64,000 nt of DNA, taken from Spirochaetales bacterium. GTDB taxonomy: Bacteria > Spirochaetota > Spirochaetia > UBA9216. Position 1 is the stretch's first letter. The number at the start of each line of letters is the position of its first letter. Shown here in pieces: positions 27,598 to 41,379 of the stretch. The stretch spans positions 29,757-93,756 of the forward strand of contig JAEINK010000011.1 in assembly GCA_016342585.1 (NCBI GenBank), given 5' to 3'. Below the pieces are notes generated by a model that was given only the letters and a program-made list of their open reading frames with translations, did no database searches and was not told where the DNA came from. Position numbers and translations under genes: made by a program.

Positions 27598-28194
27598 TTA
27601 GAAACTGAATCCTCCGAAAACCCCCAACTCAAAATTCTTTAAAGGGTAGATTTCAATCTGTGTTGCCGGAATCGGCTGGTTGTAAACCCTGTATAGAACC
27701 TTGGCTCCCACATGAATCCCGCCCAGCCGCAGGGCCGCTCCTCCGCCAGCCTGTATAAAGAGAGAGAGCATGAGAGGATCTTCCGCCGGCTCCTCCTCTC
27801 CCGCCATCATCTCCTCGGTCAGTTCCACTCGTCCGGCATTTCCTATCCCCAGTTCAACGAAGGGATCAATCGCGAAATCCCCAAGAAAATGGTATCGGAA
27901 ATCAAAGGAGCCAATCCAGTCCAGATACCATTCATACTCAAGATCCGGAGAATCAGACTCAATAGGAGTAAAATCCGTCAGGTAGGTCATACCAAAGCCG
28001 ATGTTATCAAGCTTAACCTCCCAGTAGAAACCGGGGATCATATTCAGCTCTCCCTCAAATTCGGGTCTGGTCTCCTCGTTTAATGGATTCTCCATAAGTT
28101 CCATGGTGCCAATACCACCAAGTCTGAATGTTTCCGCGGCCAGCGTAGACCCTATGAGGATTATTATCAGTAATATAAAGATTTTCTGTTTCAT
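27598..28194 (-). CDS. Secreted protein, probable small outer-membrane beta-barrel
   Basis: Signal peptide ending TLA-A, alternating Gly/aromatic strands, and a terminal strand LGVFGGFSF ending in Phe. Confidence 0.7.
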   Translation of the reverse strand: MKQKIFILLIIILIGSTLAAETFRLGGIGTMELMENPLNEETRPEFEGELNMIPGFYWEVKLDNIGFGMTYLTDFTPIESDSPDLEYEWYLDWIGSFDFRYHFLGDFAIDPFVELGIGNAGRVELTEEMMAGEEEPAEDPLMLSLFIQAGGGAALRLGGIHVGAKVLYRVYNQPIPATQIEIYPLKNFELGVFGGFSF

Positions 28195-28301
28195 TTCCTT
28201 CTCCTGTTTATGCTTCTCTTATTCAACATATGCCAGGCTGTTAAGTGTTACATTTTTAAAACCGATTTGTTTTTCAGAAGTGAATATCCTATAATTGAAG
28301 G

Positions 28302-30128
28302 ATGGAATCTTTGATAAAACACACTATCCCTTCATTCTTCATTTTGATACTTGTGACAATTCTATCATTGGTTCTTTTTGCCTGCGGGGCTGTTTTGTTT
28401 TTCGTCGACTCGGAAATGATCCCCAGATTAATCTCTATTGTTCTGCTCCTCCTGTCTCTGATGGTACTTCCGGGTGCTCTGTTTATGGTTCGGAGGCTGA
28501 GGGCCGGTCTCATCGCTATCAGTTCAAAGGATGGCCCCTTGATTAAGGCAGACCAGCGGGAAAATGTGGAGCGATTGAATCTGGCCATGACCGGTTCGCA
28601 GGATGGACTCTGGGACTGGGATGTTAAAACCGGAACATTTTTTTTCGATGATCGTTATTACACCATGGTGGGATATGCTCCCCGGGAGTTTCCCATGACG
28701 TTTGAGGAGTGGGAGAAGCGGGTTCATCCGGAGGATTTAGATGGTACCCTTAACGAAATCCAAAATTGCTTTAAAGGAGACCTTGATTCCTATCTGGTTG
28801 ATTATCGATTTTTGAATAAGAATGGAGAATATACCTGGATTCGTGCAAAAGGCCGGCCAGCCAGTTTTGACCCAAACGGCGAGGTCACGCGGTTCATAGG
28901 ATTTCACGCGGATATTAACAATTTAAAAAAAATGACCGAAGCATACCAGAAATCCTCGGAAATGCTTCAGAAGGTAATCGATAACATTCCTCAGCTGATT
29001 TACTGGAAGAACCGGGATTTTATTTATCAGGGGTGTAACCGGGCATTTAGCCGGATTTTAGGATTTGAAGAGCCTGAATTCATTATAGGGAAATCGGATT
29101 TTGATCTTCCTTCATCAGTGTCTGAAAAAAAATCATTTCGTGAATATGATGCCCGTATCATGGATAATGATCTCGCTGAACTTCATATTCAGGAAGTCCA
29201 AATGGGACCGGATGGGAATCCTGTTTATCTGGATACCTGCAAAATTCCCCTTCATGATGAGAAGGGGCGGGTGATTGGTATTCTCGGAACCTCGGAAAAT
29301 ATCACCGAAAAAAGTCGGATGCAGGAGCTCCTTGTTCATAATGAGAAGATGCTCTCTGTGGGAGGACTTGCCGCGGGTATGGCTCATGAAATTAATAATC
29401 CACTGGCCGGGATAATCCAGACTTCGGATGTGCTGTTCAACCGTCTGGCCTCCACACTCAATATTCCAGCAAACCGGAAAGCCGCGGAAAAAGCCGGGAC
29501 TTCTCTTGAGGCTGTTGAAGAGTTTATGAGGCTCCGTCAGATCCCCAGGATGCTTTTGTCAATCCAGGAATCGGGCAGGCGGGTTGGTGAGATCGTGGAT
29601 AATATGCTCAGCTTTGCCCGCAAGAGTGACTCTTCATTTTCCACCTATTCTATTAATGATGTACTGGAGAAAACCCTGGCCCTTGCCGCTACTGATTATG
29701 ATTTGAAAAAACATTATGATTTTAAGAATATTGAGATCAGAAAACAGTATGAACCTTCCCTTCCCATGGTTCCCTGTGAGGGATCCAAGATTCAGCAGGT
29801 CCTTTTCAACATTATAAAGAACGCTGCACAGGCCATGAATGAGGCGGGCATTGGTTCGCCTTGCATTGAAGTCAGAACGTCCTATAAAAAGGATAAAAAA
29901 CGGGCTGTGATTGAAATTACCAATAATGGTCCGGGTATGAGTGAGGATGTTCGCCGCCGGGTTTTTGAACCTTTCTTCACAACGAAACCTACCGGGGAGG
30001 GGACGGGCCTTGGTCTGAGTGTCTCCTACTTTATAGTAACCGAAAATCATCAGGGTGAAATGGAGGTCCTTTCTGCCGTGGATAAGGGTGTTACTTTTAT
30101 TATCAGTCTGCCCGTAGAGAGGGTGTGA
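28302..30128 (+). CDS. Membrane PAS-PAS sensor histidine kinase (NtrB-like), no adjacent regulator
   Basis: 2 TM, PAS with GLWDWD, a second PAS, AHEINNPL, and FEPFFTTK..GEGTGLGLS. Confidence 0.93.
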   Translation: MESLIKHTIPSFFILILVTILSLVLFACGAVLFFVDSEMIPRLISIVLLLLSLMVLPGALFMVRRLRAGLIAISSKDGPLIKADQRENVERLNLAMTGSQDGLWDWDVKTGTFFFDDRYYTMVGYAPREFPMTFEEWEKRVHPEDLDGTLNEIQNCFKGDLDSYLVDYRFLNKNGEYTWIRAKGRPASFDPNGEVTRFIGFHADINNLKKMTEAYQKSSEMLQKVIDNIPQLIYWKNRDFIYQGCNRAFSRILGFEEPEFIIGKSDFDLPSSVSEKKSFREYDARIMDNDLAELHIQEVQMGPDGNPVYLDTCKIPLHDEKGRVIGILGTSENITEKSRMQELLVHNEKMLSVGGLAAGMAHEINNPLAGIIQTSDVLFNRLASTLNIPANRKAAEKAGTSLEAVEEFMRLRQIPRMLLSIQESGRRVGEIVDNMLSFARKSDSSFSTYSINDVLEKTLALAATDYDLKKHYDFKNIEIRKQYEPSLPMVPCEGSKIQQVLFNIIKNAAQAMNEAGIGSPCIEVRTSYKKDKKRAVIEITNNGPGMSEDVRRRVFEPFFTTKPTGEGTGLGLSVSYFIVTENHQGEMEVLSAVDKGVTFIISLPVERV

Positions 30129-30152
30129 TCTGCATAATCGGACTTCTGATGG

Positions 30153-31397
30153 TTATTCTCTTTTTTCTTTTTCCGAAAGTTTTGCAAAGGGCAGAAGAAT
30201 TAATCCAAGGATCCCTGTGATCGCAATGGCGCCTCCGAGGCTGATTTTATCGGATATTAATCCAATAAGAGGTGATAGAAGCGCTACCCATAATGTTTTA
30301 AGCTGCGAGTCTGCGGATAGTCCTGTCGCCATTAATCGGTCATCGATCTGATCTGACAGGAAGCCTACTGTTACAGGCCGTCTGAGGTTTTGAAGAAAAT
30401 AGTAGGTAATAAAGATACATATCGAAGGGATGATGAATCCCATGTGAAACAGGAGTCCTGCTGTAATTATGAGTCCCATCCCCGCAAGGTAGGTTATATT
30501 CAACTGTTTCTTTACCGAGCCGAATCTGTTTGAGAAGCTCCCCGAGGCCCCGGAAGCAATGGAGGTGAGCAGGAATATGAGACTGTAGATAACCCCGGTC
30601 ACAAGAGCTGTTCCCTGTTTATCCTCAACTCCTGTGAGAAAGGGGAGTGAGAGGGCAAAAACAGCTAGAAGAGGTTGAATGTAATCTTTAATCGATTCAA
30701 AAAAACCGGAGGGGATGGAGGAGCTTAAAAAGCTTCGGCGAAGATCCGGATTTATGAACGCCGTCTTCATCTCTTTAAATATTAATCCTGTAAACTTTAT
30801 CAGGCCTAACTTCTCATCCTCCTTATGGAGCCCGTCCAGCCAGGCGGGGTAGGAGAGCATCAGAGCCAATTCAAGGATGTAGGGAATGAGGGTAAACAGG
30901 AAGACCGAACGATAATTACCGGAATAGAAAACCAGGCCTGCCGCTATTAAAGCGGAAATCGCAGACCCCCTCTGGGACCAGCTCCTGGTGTGACCATAGT
31001 AGTAGGTCCGGTACTCCTTCCACCCTTTATAGTTTAAATAGTCGAGGATCATGGCTTTATGCGTTCCGGTTCTGAAGGCTTCCCCCATGGCAAAAAGAAT
31101 CATGGCCGGTATGAATATATAGTAACTCCGGGTAAGGTAAAAAAGCAGGAATGACAGGATATAGCTTAAAAAGGATAGTACCATGGCCCTTCGTCGACCA
31201 ATCCCGTCTGCAATCATCCCCGATGGGATCTCCATAATGTTGACCGCAACTGCCCTTATGGTAAAGAGAAACCCGATCTGCAGAAAGGATATTCCCGCTT
31301 CCCTGAAAAAGAGGATTAAGAAGGGTTCAAAGAATCTTAAATTCTTTAGGAAACCGTAGGAACAGAATTTTACATATTGAATGTCTTTTTTGAACAT
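30153..31397 (-). CDS. MFS transporter
   Basis: About 12 TM helices; motif A EIPSGMIADGIGRR. Confidence 0.9.
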   Translation of the reverse strand: MFKKDIQYVKFCSYGFLKNLRFFEPFLILFFREAGISFLQIGFLFTIRAVAVNIMEIPSGMIADGIGRRRAMVLSFLSYILSFLLFYLTRSYYIFIPAMILFAMGEAFRTGTHKAMILDYLNYKGWKEYRTYYYGHTRSWSQRGSAISALIAAGLVFYSGNYRSVFLFTLIPYILELALMLSYPAWLDGLHKEDEKLGLIKFTGLIFKEMKTAFINPDLRRSFLSSSIPSGFFESIKDYIQPLLAVFALSLPFLTGVEDKQGTALVTGVIYSLIFLLTSIASGASGSFSNRFGSVKKQLNITYLAGMGLIITAGLLFHMGFIIPSICIFITYYFLQNLRRPVTVGFLSDQIDDRLMATGLSADSQLKTLWVALLSPLIGLISDKISLGGAIAITGILGLILLPFAKLSEKEKRE

Positions 31398-31411
31398 ATT
31401 TTTTCCTGGAT

Positions 31412-31444
31412 AAAAATAATCACCCCGTGAGGCGGGGTGATTAT
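31412..31444 (-). terminator. Intrinsic terminator of lacZ
   Basis: 12 bp stem ATAATCACCCCG-TGAGG-CGGGGTGATTAT plus a T run on the minus strand, ~20 nt after the stop. Confidence 0.8.
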
Positions 31445-31463
31445 ACCATTGCTGTCTAGCAGA

Positions 31464-35468
<4,005 letters not shown>

Positions 35469-35542
35469 TTTTCATCCTAGAGATCCATTCCGAGGGGAAT
35501 AACCCTTGCGCTGATTTGATACCGGAAACCGGCTGGTGATCT

Positions 35543-37330
35543 CTAATAATCAAGGAAGAGATTCAGAAAGGCCTCGCCGTATTTCTCCCATTTTTTTTCT
35601 CCAACCCCGTGAATATTTAAGAAAGCATCCCTACTGGCCGGTTTTTTTCTTGCCATATCCCGGAGGGAGGCATCGGAGAAAACCATGAAGGCAGGGAGAC
35701 CCGACTGGTCAGCCAGGGAGCGGCGAACCTCTTTCAGTTTTATATAAAGCTCTTCGTCTATCCCGTCCCAGGATTCCAGTTCTAGTTTGGTTGCTTTAAT
35801 GGTCTGTTTTTTGGCCTTTATCAGGAGCGGTGTCTCTTCCCCTCGCAGGACGAGCCTTCCGGTCGGGGTAATTCCCAGGACGTTGAACTCTCCCCGTCTT
35901 TCCAGGTATCCTCCGGATATCAACTGCTCCGTCCAGTTTCGAACTTCGGTCTTGGGGTGTTCTTCCAGAATCCCCCAGGTGGAGAGGGCGTCATGTCCGT
36001 TTTCAAGGATCCGCTGCTGCTTTGAGCCGGTTAAAATTTGAGCGATATACTCTCCCCCAAACCTCTCCTGGACTCTTGCCACACAGGATATTATCTTCTG
36101 GGAGATGATCAGGGCCTCAGGTTCTGTGGGCAACTCTCCCAGGCACACATCGCAGGCACCGCACTCCTTCATGTTATTTGGTTCATGAAAATAGTCCAAA
36201 AGTGCCCGATGGCGGCAGGCCACCGAGGAGCAGTAGGAGGCCATGGCGCGGAGCTTCTGCTCGGCAGGATTATCCGCAGGCGGGTTATCCAGTATTCGTC
36301 GCCAGAGCATGAGATCCTGCCCTGAATGGAAGAGTACACATTCGCAAGGCAGGCCGTCACGTCCTCCTCGTCCGGTCTCCTGCTGATAGTTCTCCAGGGA
36401 TTTCGGCATCCCCGTGTGGACTACAAAGCGGATATTGGATTTATCGATCCCCATGCCAAAGGCGATAGTCGCTGTCACTACCTGTATTTTATCCCGAATG
36501 AAATTCTCCTGAACTTTTTTCCTTTTTTCATCCGGCAGTCCCGCATGGTAGGCTTTAACCCGTATTCCCCGGGCAGCAAGCTTTACCGCCCATTTTTCGG
36601 TATCCTTCCGGCTTATACAATAGATGATTCCCGACTCTTTTTTATGCCGGTTCAGGACCTCATCAAGCTGAGTTTCAAGTTTGTTCCGCCGGATAACCCG
36701 GTAGGTCAGGTTCGGCCTGTCGAAGGAGCCAATATACTCGCCATGCTTTTTTAAGGAGAGTTGTTTGGATATATCTTCCCTGACCTGGAGGGTGGCCGTG
36801 GCCGTAAAGGCCCCCATGGGCACTCCGGGAAACATCTTTCGAAGGGATTTCAGTTTTCTATACTCCTGCCTGAAATCATGTCCCCACATACTCACACAGT
36901 GGGCTTCATCTATCGCTATGAGTGAGATGTTGATTTCTCCTGCAATCTCCGGAAAACCGGGACTCAATACCTTCTCCGGGGAGAGGTAGAGGAGTTTAAT
37001 ATTTCCTTTTCGCAGGCCATTTCTTGCTTCGCCATACTCTGCCGGGGTGAGGGATGAATCGATCCTCGTCGCGGGGATCCCCATGTCGTTCAGCGAATCG
37101 ACCTGATCTTTCATCAGGGAGATCAGAGGTGAAATAACCAGAGCCGTCCCTTCCCTCAGGAGGGCGGGCAGCTGAAAGCAGAGGGATTTACCGCCGCCTG
37201 TGGGCATGAGGACCAGGGTGTCCCTCCCTTCGGTCAGGTCGGTAACGGCCTCCTTCTGAAGGGGGCGGAATTTTTTATATCCCCAATGTTTTTTTAGCAG
37301 GTCTTCAGCTGTCGTTGTGGCCTTAGGCAT
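35543..37330 (-). CDS. recQ: ATP-dependent DNA helicase RecQ
   Basis: MPTGGGKS, DEAHC, ATIAFGMGIDK, QETGRGGRDG, a Zn-binding Cys cluster, RQC and one HRDC domain. Confidence 0.96.
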   Translation of the reverse strand: MPKATTTAEDLLKKHWGYKKFRPLQKEAVTDLTEGRDTLVLMPTGGGKSLCFQLPALLREGTALVISPLISLMKDQVDSLNDMGIPATRIDSSLTPAEYGEARNGLRKGNIKLLYLSPEKVLSPGFPEIAGEINISLIAIDEAHCVSMWGHDFRQEYRKLKSLRKMFPGVPMGAFTATATLQVREDISKQLSLKKHGEYIGSFDRPNLTYRVIRRNKLETQLDEVLNRHKKESGIIYCISRKDTEKWAVKLAARGIRVKAYHAGLPDEKRKKVQENFIRDKIQVVTATIAFGMGIDKSNIRFVVHTGMPKSLENYQQETGRGGRDGLPCECVLFHSGQDLMLWRRILDNPPADNPAEQKLRAMASYCSSVACRHRALLDYFHEPNNMKECGACDVCLGELPTEPEALIISQKIISCVARVQERFGGEYIAQILTGSKQQRILENGHDALSTWGILEEHPKTEVRNWTEQLISGGYLERRGEFNVLGITPTGRLVLRGEETPLLIKAKKQTIKATKLELESWDGIDEELYIKLKEVRRSLADQSGLPAFMVFSDASLRDMARKKPASRDAFLNIHGVGEKKWEKYGEAFLNLFLDY

Positions 37331-37499
37331 GTTTGGATTATAACAGGGAATGGTCGGCTGATTCCAGTACGATAGAGAAAGGGCAGTTGTATTTAAACTC
37401 CTGACGGACAGGAGAGGCAGGACCTGGTTATCATTTGGATTTTAGTGTTATTTCAAGAGTAAATCATGTTATCATGCCGTCGGAAGGTGTAGAAGTTCT

Positions 37500-39512
37500 A
37501 TGAAGCGTATCGTATTTTTAAAATCATTTAACAGAACTAAAATGAGAACAGGCCTCTCGGTTGTCCTCCTTTTTATCACTATGTTGTTCATACTTTTTTA
37601 TCTCGCTCAGAATTACCGAAACAATCTGATTGAGTTTCGAAAGAGGGAACTTAAACGGCAGGTGGAGATGAGCTTGAACACGGTTGCTCCTATCCTTGAG
37701 AAAAAAAAGGCGGGGGAGCTATCACAGGAAGACGCGCTGGTGGAGGTTGCCACCCTTGTTGAAAGGATGACATATAAGAGTGAAACCATGGATAATTATA
37801 TTTTCATGAGCTCCTATGACGGGATTATGCTTGTTCAGCCTTTAGAACCCTGGCTGCAGGGAACCAACCAGCTTGAACTTCAGGATTCCTACGGAAAAAA
37901 GTTTATTCATAATCTGATCGATACTGCCCGAAACCCTTCGGGGGATGGGTTCGTTTCCTATCATTATCCTCCTCCCGGATCGGATAATCCAGGTGAAAAG
38001 CTTTCCTATGTTAAAGGTATCCCCGAGCTCGGTTGCTATATCGGCACCGGTATGTTTTTTAATGACATTGACAAACTCTTTCGTGAGTACCTTTTCGGAC
38101 CCCTCCTGATAATTATTATCGGTTTTTCTCTCGTCTACATTTTAATCATTATTTATATGATGCCCCTCGTTAAGTGTTTTCAGTTCCTTTTAAAAAGTTT
38201 CAAAGATATTGCTTTAGATCCGGAAAATCCTCCTCAGATTCCTATGGAGGCCTTTTCTAAAAACTCGGATGAACGGGAGATTCTGATAGGATTCGAAGTG
38301 ATGATCGATGAACTTCAGAAAAGTAGAGTTGACCTGATTCATTCAGAGAAAAGGTATCGATATCTGTATGAAGAGAGTATGGGTGTCAGGATTATCCTGG
38401 ATAAACAGGGTGTGATTTCAGGAACAAATCACTCTTTCATGCGGGTTCTTGGGTTTGAGCTTGAGGCATTTAATGGGAAGTCCTTGTTTGAGATATTTAA
38501 GGAGGATCAGACTGACAAGTTGAGGGAAATGGTCAACGAGGCATTTACCTCAATATTAAATTTTGCCCATGATTTTGATTTAGTTGATGCAAAAGGCTGT
38601 TATAGAACAATCCTCTTCTCAGATAGCCAGGTTTTATATGAGGAGCCGGGTAAGGTCCTTATCACGGGAGTGGATATCACCAACAGGAAGAATGCGGAAA
38701 GAAAAGCAGCTCTGCAGAAGGAACAGTTGATTCAGGCAGATAAACTTGCCTCTCTGGGTGTTCTTGTTTCCGGTGTGGCACATGAAATTAATAATCCCAA
38801 TCAGTTTATTCTATCTAATACCGGTTTACTTCAGGATGTCTGGGAAGAGCTTGTTCCCGTTCTTCAGGATTACTACAAGGATAATGGGGATTTTATAGTC
38901 AGGGGGATGAACTTTTCGGAGATAAAAGCTCTTGTTCCAGAGTATATCCTTGGAATGACCGAAGGGGCGAGGCGGATAGGAAAGATTGTGAATGATCTGA
39001 AAACCCTCTCCCGGGATAATTCTTTAGAACCGTGGTCAGATGTGAATATAAATTTGATTCTGGAATCTTCTGTTAATCTTTGCTCAAATATGATACAGAA
39101 GGCAACAGATAATTTCTCTCTGGATTTGAATAAATCCCTCCTCCCTGTATATGGAAACGCACAGCGGCTTGAGCAGGTATTTATCAATCTAATCCAGAAT
39201 GGTGTTCAGTCGTTAAAAGAAAAAGATCAAAGTATCTCTATTCAAACATTGATGAAAAATGGTGATGAGGTACAAATTATTATCCGTGATACCGGCTGTG
39301 GCATAGAATCCCGGTATCTGAAGCGTATTTTTGATCCCTTCTTTACAACAAAGAGAGAATCCGGTGGTACAGGGATTGGTTTAAGTATTTCAAAGAGTAT
39401 TATCGATGAGCATCATGGTTCTATGGTATATTTTTCGAAGCCGGGGGAAGGTACGACAGTCAGAATTTGCCTGCCTTCAACGGGGCCAACTGCAAAAAAG
39501 GAAATACAATGA
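37500..39512 (+). CDS. sCache_2-PAS sensor histidine kinase (NtrB-like)
   Basis: TM-Cache (G.N....D..GK.FI...GFVSY.YP.PG...KLSYV)-TM, PAS, AHEINNP, and FDPFFTTK..GGTGIGLS. Confidence 0.92.
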   Translation: MKRIVFLKSFNRTKMRTGLSVVLLFITMLFILFYLAQNYRNNLIEFRKRELKRQVEMSLNTVAPILEKKKAGELSQEDALVEVATLVERMTYKSETMDNYIFMSSYDGIMLVQPLEPWLQGTNQLELQDSYGKKFIHNLIDTARNPSGDGFVSYHYPPPGSDNPGEKLSYVKGIPELGCYIGTGMFFNDIDKLFREYLFGPLLIIIIGFSLVYILIIIYMMPLVKCFQFLLKSFKDIALDPENPPQIPMEAFSKNSDEREILIGFEVMIDELQKSRVDLIHSEKRYRYLYEESMGVRIILDKQGVISGTNHSFMRVLGFELEAFNGKSLFEIFKEDQTDKLREMVNEAFTSILNFAHDFDLVDAKGCYRTILFSDSQVLYEEPGKVLITGVDITNRKNAERKAALQKEQLIQADKLASLGVLVSGVAHEINNPNQFILSNTGLLQDVWEELVPVLQDYYKDNGDFIVRGMNFSEIKALVPEYILGMTEGARRIGKIVNDLKTLSRDNSLEPWSDVNINLILESSVNLCSNMIQKATDNFSLDLNKSLLPVYGNAQRLEQVFINLIQNGVQSLKEKDQSISIQTLMKNGDEVQIIIRDTGCGIESRYLKRIFDPFFTTKRESGGTGIGLSISKSIIDEHHGSMVYFSKPGEGTTVRICLPSTGPTAKKEIQ

Positions 39513-40897
39513 CGTTCAGATACCCTGAAAGACCTGTGTTAATCGTTGATGATGAACCCTATATTTTAAAGTCTCTTTCCGCTGTTCTCCGTTCTGCCGG
39601 GATTAACAATCTTCAGGTTTGTGAGGATAGCAGGGAAGTCTACCGTATGGTTTCGACAACCAAACCCTCCCTTGTTCTTTTAGACCTTACCATGCCCTAT
39701 AAATCCGGAGAGGTTGTCCTTCAGGAAGTTAAAGAACTCTATCCGGATCTTCCCGTTACTATAATAACCGGGGTGAATGAGCTCTCGACAGCTGTGGAGT
39801 GCATGAAACGGGGGGCGTCTGATTATCTGGTGAAAGCCATTGAGAATAGTAAGCTCCTGTCGTCGGTCAAAACGGCATTGAACTTCAGTGAGCTCGAAGA
39901 AGAGAATCGGCTGCTGAAGAGGAGTATCCTCCGTGATGATTTTCCGGCTCATCCGGCCTTTGATTCAATACTGACCGAGGACCGGGCGATGTTCTCCATT
40001 TTTCGATATCTGACCGTCATAAGCCCCTCGGGGCAGACTATCCTTATCCGGGGGGAAACAGGGACAGGTAAGGAACTTGTTGCCGAAGCGATACATAAGG
40101 TTTCAGGCAGACCTGGTGAATTTATCTGTATCAATGCGGCAGGTTTGGACGATGTCATGTTTTCCGATACACTTTTTGGGCACAGGAGAGGTGCTTATTC
40201 GGGCGCAGACAGCAGTCGTCCCGGCCTTATTGAGAAAGCGGCTGGTGGAACCCTCTTCCTGGATGAAATCGGGGATCTGTCTCCGGCAAATCAGATAAAA
40301 CTACTTAGACTCCTGGAAAAGAGTGAATATTATGCTCTTGGTTCGGATACCCTTAAGAGGGCTTCCTGTCGAATTGTTGCCGCAACAAACTGTGAGCTTG
40401 AAACAAAAATAGAGGAGGGGAGTTTCAGGCGGGACCTCTACTTTCGCTTATCTTCTCATGAAGTCATGCTTCCGCCACTGCGCGATCGTCCGGATGATAT
40501 CCCCCTCCTGATTCATCATTTTGTTAAATTGACAGCATCCGAACTGAATATAACGCCCCCGGAGATAAGCCCTTCTTTTATTCACTCTTTTTATGATAAG
40601 GAACTGCCGGGTAATGTCCGTGAACTTATGACAATAATCAACCGGGCTGTCGGCAGTCAGGGGGGTAGTAAATTATTTGGTTCAGGTGATGATGGTTTAA
40701 CTGATGAAACACTGATGAAAAGTAATTCCAGCTCCTTACCGATCTTTCCTGAAGAGTTGCCGGATTTGAAATTATGGGCAGATATTTTAGTTGATGAAGC
40801 CCTGGCGCGCTCGGAAGGGAACATCTCTTCGGCTGCAAGGCTGCTTGGTATAAGTCAGCCTGCCTTGAGTAAAAGGATGGCTAAAAGGCGGATATGA
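39509..40897 (+). CDS. sigma54-dependent response regulator (REC-AAA+-Fis HTH)
   Basis: VDDE receiver, GETGTGKE, GAYSGA loop, LFLDEIG, FRRDLYFRL, PGNVREL and a C-terminal HTH. ATGA overlap with the kinase. Confidence 0.93.
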   Translation: MTFRYPERPVLIVDDEPYILKSLSAVLRSAGINNLQVCEDSREVYRMVSTTKPSLVLLDLTMPYKSGEVVLQEVKELYPDLPVTIITGVNELSTAVECMKRGASDYLVKAIENSKLLSSVKTALNFSELEEENRLLKRSILRDDFPAHPAFDSILTEDRAMFSIFRYLTVISPSGQTILIRGETGTGKELVAEAIHKVSGRPGEFICINAAGLDDVMFSDTLFGHRRGAYSGADSSRPGLIEKAAGGTLFLDEIGDLSPANQIKLLRLLEKSEYYALGSDTLKRASCRIVAATNCELETKIEEGSFRRDLYFRLSSHEVMLPPLRDRPDDIPLLIHHFVKLTASELNITPPEISPSFIHSFYDKELPGNVRELMTIINRAVGSQGGSKLFGSGDDGLTDETLMKSNSSSLPIFPEELPDLKLWADILVDEALARSEGNISSAARLLGISQPALSKRMAKRRI

Positions 40898-40956
40898 ATA
40901 TAACCAAAGTTATATTTTAAAAATCCATTTCACTGAATTCTATTACTTTTGTTATG
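40897..40956. promoter_or_regulatory. Candidate tandem upstream activator sites (TATAAC-N4-GTTATA)
   Basis: Perfect palindrome AATATAAC-CAAA-GTTATATT (40897-40916) and degenerate copy TATTAC-TTTT-GTTATG (40941-40956); centres are 42 bp apart. Confidence 0.6.
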
Positions 40957-41049
40957 GTGGAATTGTTTGAGAATTTACTCATAGTAATAATATATAATAT
41001 AACTATCTATCCTCTAAAGATTTAATCTGATTTATCTTTACTTCGTTTT

Positions 41050-41066
41050 TTGGCATGCTTCCTGCT
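41050..41066 (+). promoter_or_regulatory. sigma54 -24/-12 promoter
   Basis: TTGGCATGCTTCCTGCT has GG (41052) and GC (41064) at the exact -24/-12 spacing, downstream of a sigma54 activator gene. Confidence 0.8.
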
Positions 41067-41130
41067 CTTGATATATGTGAATATTCATTAATTAAAGGGA
41101 TTTTATCCCTGAAAAACAAGGAGAAGTTTA

Positions 41131-41379
41131 ATGTCCGAAAAGCAGAAAAGCTATCCGATGAAGAAAGTCTTCTGGGCCATGATCATAGTGTGTTTCATGC
41201 TCATAGAGTTCCCTGGAATTTTCTTTATTAACCGCATCGACCCCATAATCTTCGGGATGCCCTTTATATACGGGTTTGTTCTGATCATATGGGCGGTTAT
41301 GTGTACCATCATGTTTGTTGCCTATAAATTAAACTGGGGCAAAGGAAAAGATTTTGTAGAAGGGGAGGGTGACGAATAA
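41131..41379 (+). CDS. Small 2-TM protein (DUF3311/DUF485-like) partnering the SSS symporter
   Basis: NRIDPIIFGMPF...W motif; stop overlaps the symporter start; AAGGAG SD. Confidence 0.8.
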   Translation: MSEKQKSYPMKKVFWAMIIVCFMLIEFPGIFFINRIDPIIFGMPFIYGFVLIIWAVMCTIMFVAYKLNWGKGKDFVEGEGDE

